Positions 49,008 through 57,173 of a DNA stretch of 64,000 nt are shown here, piece by piece. Origin of the DNA: Chloroflexota bacterium (GTDB lineage Bacteria > Chloroflexota > Dehalococcoidia > GIF9 > UBA5629); the NCBI GenBank assembly GCA_016875875.1, contig VGOP01000008.1, positions 19,834 to 83,833 of the forward strand, written 5' to 3'. Below the pieces are notes generated by a model. It was not told the origin of the DNA. It made no database searches and worked only from the letters and a program-made list of their open reading frames with translations. A program made the position numbers and the translations under genes. Within the stretch, counting starts at the first letter, position 1; the number at the start of each line of letters is the position of its first letter.

Positions 49008-50312
49008 TTACCTTCCCTTTGAGGCTACTGACAGGCTCGAACAGTAGAGGGAGGGGGTCAATAGAAATCCTTCGACCCACCTTGTGTCATTTCCTATTGC
49101 TTCAAGCTGTCTCAAAACCTGATACACATTGCCGGCGACCATGGTATCTTTTACCCTGCCTGTTATTTCCCCGCTTTCTATCTGATAGCCCAGCAAAACA
49201 TTGCCGTTAAAGTCCCCGTTTAGTATGTTTCCCTGCTCAGCACCTATTAGTAACTCTATTACCAAACCCTTCTTTATATCTCTTACCATGTCCCAGAAAG
49301 AAGCATCACCTTTACCTACGACAAAGGAGCTTGGCGAAGGTGTCGGCATACCACCGTGGCGGCTGCCATTACCGGTGCTTTGTGCATTCGCCAGTGCTGC
49401 TGTCTGCAAGTCATAGATAAACTGTGACACCACCCCTTGGTCAATAAGCGGTGTTCGCTGGCTTGGCACACCCTCATCGTCGCAAGAATAGCTGCCTACC
49501 TGATATGGCAAGGTAGCATCATCCCACAAGGAGAAATTTTTGTCAAAAACTTGCTTTCCCAGTTTGTCCTTCAATGGTGAAGCTCCGTCAAAAACCAGTT
49601 TACCATTGAAAGCGGACGCTAAGGGGGCGATTATGGAGCTAGCCACGCCATGTGGTGTAAAAATCACCGGCATTGGTTTTGCTGATATACTGACATTCCT
49701 CTTGGCTAGCTCCAGCTGCTTTATTACCTTTTCAGCTATCGGCTTGGAATTAAGGATTGGGTGGCATGAACTCTGGCTATCACCAACGAAGAGCATATCT
49801 TCGTCTTTAATAAGGACACCTTCAAGGCTCAGGCTAAAAAAGCTCTTGTTATAGCTGGCTTCGCCACCTTTAGAGTTAATGATATGGACAGAAGCAATTC
49901 CTCTAGTTATCGACGCTTCACATAAAATGTCTGGGGTATGTTGTTTGATTTTGGCGATAAGTTGCTCTCCGAGCTCGACCATATCATCAATAGTTACCGC
50001 GTCTATCTGTGAATCAAAGGTATCTATCTTGGGGTAAACCTTCGGGTTGGGAAAGCTGAATTTAGCTGGCATGCCAAATTGACATGTCTCCGCTGCCATT
50101 TCAACCAGCGTACTTGACTCAATACGTCCACTAGCCTGAGCAAAACCGACTTTGTCGCCTTTGATGAGTCTTAGAGCAGTCCTAGTGCCTTCCTTGTCCT
50201 GAATTTGCTTTAACCGATTAGCTTCGAAATGAACAGGGGTTACTTTCGAGGAGATTTGAAAGACCTCAGCCTGTTCAGCTACTTTTTTGGCCTTTGACAG
50301 AATGTCTTCCAC
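49008..50312 (-). CDS. pmbA: TldE/PmbA-family metalloprotease subunit
   Basis: 434 aa. TldD/PmbA fold, lacking the HExxxH motif of its TldD partner. Confidence 0.7.
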   Translation of the reverse strand: MEDILSKAKKVAEQAEVFQISSKVTPVHFEANRLKQIQDKEGTRTALRLIKGDKVGFAQASGRIESSTLVEMAAETCQFGMPAKFSFPNPKVYPKIDTFDSQIDAVTIDDMVELGEQLIAKIKQHTPDILCEASITRGIASVHIINSKGGEASYNKSFFSLSLEGVLIKDEDMLFVGDSQSSCHPILNSKPIAEKVIKQLELAKRNVSISAKPMPVIFTPHGVASSIIAPLASAFNGKLVFDGASPLKDKLGKQVFDKNFSLWDDATLPYQVGSYSCDDEGVPSQRTPLIDQGVVSQFIYDLQTAALANAQSTGNGSRHGGMPTPSPSSFVVGKGDASFWDMVRDIKKGLVIELLIGAEQGNILNGDFNGNVLLGYQIESGEITGRVKDTMVAGNVYQVLRQLEAIGNDTRWVEGFLLTPSLYCSSLSVASKGR

Positions 50313-51746
50313 TTAATTACCTCCGACCAGGCAACGGCGGATTCTTATGTGCGGGCTGCCGTTAGAAACGGGTAAAGGTGACTGTTCGCGTTTGCCACAG
50401 CCACCACCCTGATTCATCTTTAGGTCATTGCCGATAGCATCTATATTGCCCAAGGTGACAAATACATTGCCGCTGAGCACTGCGGGGCGAAGTAATTCTG
50501 CTATCTTGCCGTTGCGAATCATGTAAGCTTCAGCGGCGGAGAAAGTAAACATCTCTAGGCTGGTTGTACCTCCGTACCAGTCCTTGGCATAGATACCTTC
50601 CTTGATGTCGCTGACAATATCTTCAAAAGATAATGTTCCGGGTTCAATATAGGTGTTGGTCATTCTGACTATAGGCGGGAAAAGGTAGCTAATTGACCGG
50701 GCATTGCCTGTAAGTTTTTCTCCCATCTTGGCAGCTGTTTCTCGAGAGTGGAGCCTGCTTTCAAGTACACCTTCTCGGAGGAGATATGTCTTGGTTGCGG
50801 GAACACCTTCGTCATCGTATTTATAGCTGCCCCGTAGTCCGGGAACAGCAGCGCCATCAACAATATTTAGGTGCTTGTCGCCAAATTTTCGGCCTAGTAC
50901 CATGATTTCTTGCAGTCGTCTATTTTCGTAAACATGATCTGCCTCGGACAAATGTCCGAAGGCTTCGTGGGCAAATACGCCGGCCAAAACCGGATCTAGG
51001 ACTACGGTATATTCACCACCCTTGGCCTGAGGTGCTGAAAGAAGCCTTACTGCTAGCTCCGCCGTTTGTCTTATCTGCTTTTTTAATCCTTCTATGGCCG
51101 AAAAATCGCCCGGGCTACCCAAACTTAACCCTGCCTGCTGGACCTGGCCATCTTTTGCAGCTATAGCTGTTAGACGCAGGCCCAGGTCTACCTTGGTTTG
51201 CTCTATATAAGTACCTTCAGAATTGACAAAGGTTATTTTCCTCTGGCTGTCATGATAGCCAACATTCGATGTTTGAATCTTAGGTGTGCTCAGGATAATG
51301 TCGTTATACTCATCAAGCAGTTGCTTTTTCAATGCCAGCGGAACAGTCGTTGGAGCCTTTTTAGTTTCGGCGGTTACCACGTCGCTTATTGGCTCCGTTT
51401 GACTGAACTTGCTGGGTTCCTTGCCGACAAGCCTCGCCTGCTTTACGGCTAGCTCTACCTTGTCTCGCAGCTTATTTGCATTATTGAAGCTGACAAAGCC
51501 CCAGCCACCTTTGACGAGAGCCCGCACGTTACCACCCATGCTGGATGTCCTGCCTATCTCCTCCAACCTATCGCTGCGGTAAATAATGCGGGTTATCTGA
51601 CTTTCTTCAAACCGAATCTCGACATAATCGGCGTTATGTCCTTTTAAGGTTTTAACAAGTTCATCCTGCATTTTTCTTTTTGGCAAGTTTTTGTATTGTA
51701 GCTTGTGACTGAGGTTAAAGGCAAGGCAAAGCAGGATGGTTGACAT
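50313..51746 (-). CDS. tldD: TldD metalloprotease
   Basis: 477 aa. HEAFGHLSEADH is the HExxxH zinc site. Confidence 0.8.
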   Translation of the reverse strand: MSTILLCLAFNLSHKLQYKNLPKRKMQDELVKTLKGHNADYVEIRFEESQITRIIYRSDRLEEIGRTSSMGGNVRALVKGGWGFVSFNNANKLRDKVELAVKQARLVGKEPSKFSQTEPISDVVTAETKKAPTTVPLALKKQLLDEYNDIILSTPKIQTSNVGYHDSQRKITFVNSEGTYIEQTKVDLGLRLTAIAAKDGQVQQAGLSLGSPGDFSAIEGLKKQIRQTAELAVRLLSAPQAKGGEYTVVLDPVLAGVFAHEAFGHLSEADHVYENRRLQEIMVLGRKFGDKHLNIVDGAAVPGLRGSYKYDDEGVPATKTYLLREGVLESRLHSRETAAKMGEKLTGNARSISYLFPPIVRMTNTYIEPGTLSFEDIVSDIKEGIYAKDWYGGTTSLEMFTFSAAEAYMIRNGKIAELLRPAVLSGNVFVTLGNIDAIGNDLKMNQGGGCGKREQSPLPVSNGSPHIRIRRCLVGGN

Positions 51747-51908
51747 TAGTTGTAAAGCTAGAACAAGCTGCTTCTCCTCAACGGTGATATTGGGAACTTT
51801 CCACTATCGCCCACCATTAATTGCAGTTATGGCCTGTACAGGTGTTCAAAAGGGGCCAAGTATGGTATAATTTTTACCTAAACGCGGTTAAATACAGGAG
51901 GGGATCAG

Positions 51909-53249
51909 ATGAAAGCACTGTCAAGAATATTTCAAATAGCGCTCTGTGCAATCCTGATTATCGGCGTGATTGCATGTGCGCCCCGCCAGGAAGTCAAATT
52001 AGAAGAAGCGCCAGCCTACCCGGCAACAAGTTTCATCGTTTTTAGCGACCCGCACGTATATGATACCTCGCTGGGAACCGAGGGAAAGGCATTTGAAGAC
52101 TATTTAGCTGATGACAGGAAACTTCTAAGGGAAAGCACCGAAATTCTGGAGGCAGCCATCGCAGCAATAAAAAATGAGAAGACCAGCTTCGTCTTGGTGC
52201 CAGGCGACCTGACGAAAGACGGCGAGCGCGTCTCGCATCAGCTGGCGGCAAGTTATTTGAGCCAGCTGGAGGCCAGCGGTAAAAAGGTATACGTGGTGCC
52301 AGGCAATCACGATGTGAAAAACGGCCACTCATTCAAATATGTCGGCGATAACACCGAACGCGTGCCTAACATAACACCTGAAGAGTTCGCCCAAATGTAC
52401 AGTGAATTCGGCTACAAAGAAGCGCTCTACCGTGACCCTGTGTCGCTTAGTTACGTAGCTGAGCCGCAAGCCGGGCTATGGTTACTTGCCCTAGATGCAT
52501 GCCACTACGCAGAAAACATAGAGGATGAGGAACCCATCACCGACGGCAAATTCAGCGCCGCTACTTTAGAATGGATTGAAGGGATGCTGGAGAAAGCGGC
52601 CAGAGAGAAGAAGGCGGTTATTGTAATGGTGCATCATGGCATCGTGGAGCATTATATCGGACAGGAGAAAAACTACGGCGAATACATATTAGATGATTTC
52701 CCCGTGGTCTCCCAATTGCTGGCAACATACAACGCACGCCTCGTTTTTACTGGCCACTACCACGCGCAGGATATAACCGTGCAACAGTGGCCGGAAACAA
52801 ATAAATTCGTCTTCGATATTGAAACCGGCTCTCTGGTCACCTATCCTGCCCCTTATCGTATCGTGAACATAGATACCTCGCAGAAGGCCGCAGTGCTAAC
52901 CAAACATATAGAATCAATACGCTCACATCCTGCCGATTTTCAGGATTATGCCAACGCGTATGTGCTGGAGGGCATAGGGGGCATCGCCACCCGTACTATA
53001 GAGGGCATTGGGGTTGACCGCGCTGAAGCGGAAAAACTGGCACAGCAGGTTGCCCTGGCATTTGTGGCGCATTATACCGGGGACGAGAACCTTCCACCAG
53101 GTCAAGAGGCTATCCAGACCACGGGACTGAGCCCACGTGGCGAGATTGTGGTCAAGTTGCGCGGGGACCTGGTTATCGGGCTGTGGAATGACCTTGAGCC
53201 ACCTGACAATAGCATCATTATCGACTTGAAAACAGGCAGCTGGCAGTAA
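51909..53249 (+). CDS. calcineurin-like metallophosphoesterase, probable lipoprotein
   Basis: 446 aa. Lipobox IGVIAC. Motifs GDLTKDGE, GNHD and GHYH. Confidence 0.65.
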   Translation: MKALSRIFQIALCAILIIGVIACAPRQEVKLEEAPAYPATSFIVFSDPHVYDTSLGTEGKAFEDYLADDRKLLRESTEILEAAIAAIKNEKTSFVLVPGDLTKDGERVSHQLAASYLSQLEASGKKVYVVPGNHDVKNGHSFKYVGDNTERVPNITPEEFAQMYSEFGYKEALYRDPVSLSYVAEPQAGLWLLALDACHYAENIEDEEPITDGKFSAATLEWIEGMLEKAAREKKAVIVMVHHGIVEHYIGQEKNYGEYILDDFPVVSQLLATYNARLVFTGHYHAQDITVQQWPETNKFVFDIETGSLVTYPAPYRIVNIDTSQKAAVLTKHIESIRSHPADFQDYANAYVLEGIGGIATRTIEGIGVDRAEAEKLAQQVALAFVAHYTGDENLPPGQEAIQTTGLSPRGEIVVKLRGDLVIGLWNDLEPPDNSIIIDLKTGSWQ

Positions 53250-53253
53250 GAAT

Positions 53254-53328
53254 GCCTTTGGCTTAACGGTTAGAGCGGCCCGCCTTAAACAGAGGAGGTC
53301 ATTGGTTCAAGTCCACAATGGCCCACCA
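53254..53328 (+). other. tRNA-like 3'-end fragment (T-loop GGTTCAAGTCC + acceptor 3' strand + CCA)
   Basis: A 75-nt stretch ends in ...GGTTCAAGTCCACAATGGCCCACCA. No pairing acceptor, D or anticodon stems could be drawn by hand, so it is not called as a tRNA gene. Confidence 0.3.
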
Positions 53329-53332
53329 GTTA

Positions 53333-53415
53333 GGTAATATCATTACCTTACTTTAGCTTCGGATTCTTCAACTGTTTACATTAATCCAGATTCAATTTCT
53401 GGTAATAACATTACC
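53333..53415. promoter_or_regulatory. two GGTAAT-N3-ATTACC palindromes
   Basis: ggtaatatcattacc (53333-53347) and ggtaataacattacc (53401-53415), in an AT-rich stretch just right of the tRNA-like fragment. Confidence 0.3.
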
Positions 53416-53496
53416 CTAGATTTATCTGCTCGAATCTCTCCGGCTCGATTCACAGCATACGTCTAACATTCCTGACATTTGTTTGTTAAGTAAAAT

Positions 53497-53530
53497 AAAA
53501 GGGGGGGAAGAAGATGCTTCCCCCCCTTTG
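53497..53530. terminator. strong bidirectional intrinsic terminator
   Basis: aaaaggggggg-aagaagatgctt-cccccccttt: a G7/C7 stem flanked by A and T runs. Confidence 0.55.
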
Positions 53531-53798
53531 AGTTGCTTACCAGCCTAGAAGCTTTAGAAGTTCAAGAAGGCTACGGGCAAACTCCGGTGTGCTCATGTAT
53601 GGGGCAAGTGCAACGAGTATCTGGACGCACACCGCTAGCTCGATCAACCTTGTTATCATTTTTCATGACTACCTCCTGAAAAAACTCAAATATGGTAACC
53701 GGGTTAACCGGCCGCGACCTTTTCTATATAATCGCACATACTGGGCCTTTTGTCCAATTTTTTATTGTCCGCTTCTCTAAATTATTGTGAGTCAACAT

Positions 53799-53999
53799 CT
53801 ACCTTCCCCAGAGCCGCCTCCGTATTCCTGGGAAATCCCATACATCATTTGGGCTTTTGGTTGATGATCCTGTTCCCCAGAGAGTCTGCCTTATTTCCTT
53901 GAAGCGCCAAACATCTTGCCCTACTATGCCCGTGCTTTTCTTGGTGGGCACCTTGTCTGTCTGTGGTCCCAACTGAATAATGATTACTTGGTCACTCAT
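53799..53999 (-). CDS. small hypothetical protein with an internal duplicated motif
   Basis: 66 aa. DVWRFKEIRQTLWG and DVWDFPGIRRRLWG motifs. AAAGGAG SD upstream. Confidence 0.3.
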   Translation of the reverse strand: MSDQVIIIQLGPQTDKVPTKKSTGIVGQDVWRFKEIRQTLWGTGSSTKSPNDVWDFPGIRRRLWGR

Positions 54000-54071
54000 C
54001 TCTATTAACTCCTTTTGTATTTTCTCCCAAGTTTAGGTTGCTATGCTGTTTGTAGTAGAATAAAAGTCTCA

Positions 54072-55217
54072 CTACGATACTTGACCTCCTTTCCCTTTGT
54101 CCGCTTGGAACTCGACTCTAGAGTCGTAGATAGCATACTCGCCCGCCTTATCTACATTGTTACCAACTTTTCTGAATCCCATCTCCTTCTTTGAATCTGT
54201 CTTACATAGAATATTGTTCACCTCATCGAGGCCGAATCTGCAACAACTCAATTCACTACATATAAGGTCATGTTTGTGCTCGATTACTAAGCTGTAAGCC
54301 GCTTCCTGAATTTGAGCCGGGGTGTAACCTCCTGTTCTGCATGCCAGATAGTCCTGAACAGCCGGATCCATTGGGATCCTCCGGGAAAGCGATTTGACCA
54401 GCTCTTTTCTCTGCTCCAGTGATGGCGCTGTCAGCCGTATTATGCGGTCGAATCTCGAAGGCCGTTCAGCCAGAGCCTTATCTATGGTTTCGATGAAGTT
54501 GGTCGTGGCTACAGTAATCACTTCTTTGCATTCCTCGACCCCATCAAGGGCAGAGAGAAGGCAGGCTAGAGCTTCAGCCCTGGTATAACGTGATTCTCTC
54601 CTTTCCTCTGCAATTAAGTCTAAATCCTCAATAAAGACTATGCTTGGCCTTAGGTCTTGAGCTAGCTCATACAAGTAGGAAATATATAGGCTGCTGGTCA
54701 GGCAGCTTTCATCAGCCAAGATGCAGGTAATATCCGGGCTGTGGTTCATCAACACTTTGCATATTAGAGTTTTGCCGGTGCCTGGCTCACCTACCAGGAT
54801 AATTCCCCTTCGCGGAGATATGCCATATTTAGCAAGTTCTGCCGTCTTATTAAGAAAACCGACCGTATTGGTTTCAATCTCGTCCTTCAGCGCCGGATCC
54901 AAGGTGAGGTCCTGCCAGCTCTTAGGCGGAAGCTCCAAGAATCGAATACGACCTGTGAATTTTAGCTTCTTGCCTTTATATGGGTTGTTCACTGTGACAA
55001 ACTTATTAACACCTTCAGCAAAGTCGTCTCCCTCCTCTTTACCGTGGCTAACAACAATCAATGAAGGAGGCTGCCTTGAGCTGGTCTTTATAGAAACGAC
55101 TATGCGGCTATCCTCTTTTTGAAGCAGTAGGTAGCCGTCGCACAGCATGTTTTCGTCTTTGCTGTAATCCGTGTTCACATCGGCATATCGTGGCATCCGC
55201 CCTCGGTGGCCAAGCAC
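54072..55217 (-). CDS. AAA+ ATPase (classic AAA clade) with an approximately 130-aa beta-rich N-domain
   Basis: Walker A GEPGTGKT, Walker B IVFIEDLD, second region of homology (TTNFIETIDKALAERPSRFDRII). The true start may be an internal Met. Confidence 0.7.
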   Translation of the reverse strand: MLGHRGRMPRYADVNTDYSKDENMLCDGYLLLQKEDSRIVVSIKTSSRQPPSLIVVSHGKEEGDDFAEGVNKFVTVNNPYKGKKLKFTGRIRFLELPPKSWQDLTLDPALKDEIETNTVGFLNKTAELAKYGISPRRGIILVGEPGTGKTLICKVLMNHSPDITCILADESCLTSSLYISYLYELAQDLRPSIVFIEDLDLIAEERRESRYTRAEALACLLSALDGVEECKEVITVATTNFIETIDKALAERPSRFDRIIRLTAPSLEQRKELVKSLSRRIPMDPAVQDYLACRTGGYTPAQIQEAAYSLVIEHKHDLICSELSCCRFGLDEVNNILCKTDSKKEMGFRKVGNNVDKAGEYAIYDSRVEFQADKGKGGQVS

Positions 55218-55495
55218 CTCAGCGACTTTCCAGCCCTCACTTTCGAGTAGCGTTGAAGAGCCCAGGCCAGCAGTTCACGATAGTATGCCGGAAAAGTAAT
55301 CGGCACCAGTGCTTGTTTCTCTTTGCCCAGGAATCTGGCAATGGTGTCGATATTTCTCTTTTGGCCATTCTCCGAATTAAACCATGGCTCGTCGCTCATT
55401 TCCATATCTTCCAGGACTTCTTCTAATTCTTCGTCATCCATGTTGTATTCCATCGCCTCCTGAATTTTAAGTGTTTTCCTTATTGTAGGGTTCAA
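55175..55495 (-). CDS. hypothetical acidic small protein
   Basis: 106 aa. Overlaps the annotated start of the AAA gene. No motif. Confidence 0.3.
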   Translation of the reverse strand: MNPTIRKTLKIQEAMEYNMDDEELEEVLEDMEMSDEPWFNSENGQKRNIDTIARFLGKEKQALVPITFPAYYRELLAWALQRYSKVRAGKSLRCLATEGGCHDMPM

Positions 55496-55543
55496 CTTTT
55501 CGGGGTGGAGTGAAGCTCACCAACTCTCCACCCCACAAGGGAA

Positions 55544-55726
55544 TTACTTGCTCTTCCGCTCTGGCCCCAGGTCCTCGAATATTGTTCTCGCTACTCCCGG
55601 GTACTCCTCATTAAAATGCACAAACACATGTGGCACAGGTTGGTCCCACTTCGTGAAGCAATCACCGAGCTCTTCCTGTATTCTTTTTTGGTTCTCACTC
55701 AGTGGCGGATATTTATTTTTATCCAT
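55544..55726 (-). CDS. hypothetical small protein
   Basis: 60 aa. Same strand as, and tightly packed with, the neighbouring small ORFs. Confidence 0.3.
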   Translation of the reverse strand: MDKNKYPPLSENQKRIQEELGDCFTKWDQPVPHVFVHFNEEYPGVARTIFEDLGPERKSK

Positions 55727-55727
55727 C

Positions 55728-55931
55728 TTACTTCTCTCCGGTGCTTTTTATCTCGTAGAATTCTGTCTCCCAAGCTCCAGTAAAAATGTTCGGCTTTTCG
55801 ACCTCAACATCCGGGTAATTGGGGTCATCTCTATGATCGATGATCCTGCCCCCAGCTCCCAATCTACTGATGGCGATTCTGTCCATTGCGATGTGCTCTC
55901 CCACTCGTCCAATCCAATTAGACCTATTCAT
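55728..55931 (-). CDS. hypothetical small protein
   Basis: 67 aa. Abuts the next ORF with a 1-nt gap. Confidence 0.3.
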   Translation of the reverse strand: MNRSNWIGRVGEHIAMDRIAISRLGAGGRIIDHRDDPNYPDVEVEKPNIFTGAWETEFYEIKSTGEK

Positions 55932-55988
55932 TTTTCAAAACCTCCTTTTATTGTTTTCTGCAAAATCAATTTGTCCTCTGACATTACT

Positions 55989-56195
55989 TCACCATTTGAA
56001 TGGGTTCGTCATGTCCCGGAGCAAATCCCAATCTGGACGAAGTCCTAGGTCTCTCAGACTTTCCAGATCAGGAGTTCCCGCTTCCCTCAACACGCTGAGG
56101 TCGCCTAGTGGATCCAGCCGCCCATGTCCTTCGTGGCTCTGTTGCTGTTCCTGTCGCCATGCGTACCCATCTGAATCAACAATGAAGATCTGCAT
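55989..56195 (-). CDS. hypothetical small protein
   Basis: 68 aa. First gene of the minus-strand array. Starts MQIFIV. Confidence 0.3.
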   Translation of the reverse strand: MQIFIVDSDGYAWRQEQQQSHEGHGRLDPLGDLSVLREAGTPDLESLRDLGLRPDWDLLRDMTNPFKW

Positions 56196-56357
56196 ATTTG
56201 CCTCCTTTCCTTAAGTCTGACCAAATCTGTTCACCCTTCGTGTCTAATCTAATAATGCCATATTTGCTAATCCACGACTCGGAAATTTAGTGGAAATAAG
56301 ATGAAATATAGTGTAAAGTTTCTATAATGCCGCTGCATGACTGGCTGAGGTTCTGGA

Positions 56358-57086
56358 ATGGGTCATAGAGAAAGCGCTTTCTTAAGAGTGGAGTATCTGG
56401 CCAAAGGTGTGACTCTCGATGGCTATCAGTTGGGTGACGAGATTAGCTTGGGCGCCCGGACTGTATTGCTTGGTCAACCAACAGCCGGTCAGTCTGCGCC
56501 AGACATCAAAATCAATGATTCTGAAAAACACATATCTGGAAGTCATGCCGAAATCCGTTACGACCCTGAAGAGTACAACTACAAGATTTGTGACTTTAGT
56601 CGAAATGGCACTTCGGTGGGACCCAGAAGGCTAACGAAGAACATCGAACAGTTACTTGAGCCTGGCGACCCGATCTGTCTGGCCATTATTGCAGGAGAAC
56701 CGAGAGTTGAATTTAGCTTCAACACTTCACGTACAGCTGGGCCCATGCATTTGACGATCAAAGGACGGGAAGTTTATGTCGATAATGAACCATTAGAAGT
56801 CTCTGATATCGAGTATAAAGTGTTAAAGGCTCTCTATATTAGCTACCCGACGCCAAAGTTTTGCCATAAGGATGATCTTATCGTCGCCGTGTGGGGCAAA
56901 AAGGGATGGGAAGCGGCAGAGACCACAAAGGAAAAAGACGATTACCGAGATAGACTCGCTCATGCGATCAGCAGGCTCCGAAAGAAATTTATGAGGGCCA
57001 ATCCTAACAGTCCAATACGCATTGAGTCTTCGGGACGGCAAGGTTTATATAGACTCAAGCTGCCCGAAAAGGAGAGGAATAAGTGA
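56358..57086 (+). CDS. FHA-domain protein with C-terminal OmpR/PhoB-type winged-helix DNA-binding domain
   Basis: 242 aa. FHA core (GSHAEIRYD...YKICDFSRNGTSV). C-terminal EYKVLKAL...RLRKKF is trans_reg_C-like. Confidence 0.6.
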   Translation: MGHRESAFLRVEYLAKGVTLDGYQLGDEISLGARTVLLGQPTAGQSAPDIKINDSEKHISGSHAEIRYDPEEYNYKICDFSRNGTSVGPRRLTKNIEQLLEPGDPICLAIIAGEPRVEFSFNTSRTAGPMHLTIKGREVYVDNEPLEVSDIEYKVLKALYISYPTPKFCHKDDLIVAVWGKKGWEAAETTKEKDDYRDRLAHAISRLRKKFMRANPNSPIRIESSGRQGLYRLKLPEKERNK

Positions 57087-57173
57087 TATGCCCTCTCACG
57101 AGCTCTAGTAGTAGAAATTGGCAACTGGGCGAACCAAGTTACAAGAATCAATTGGAAGATTAAGGCAACAACT

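Noticed and set aside
53254-53328. Possible complete tRNA gene
   Set aside because: Only the T-loop and CCA end are tRNA-like. Hand folding gives no acceptor, D or anticodon stem pairing in any register, so it is reported as a fragment.
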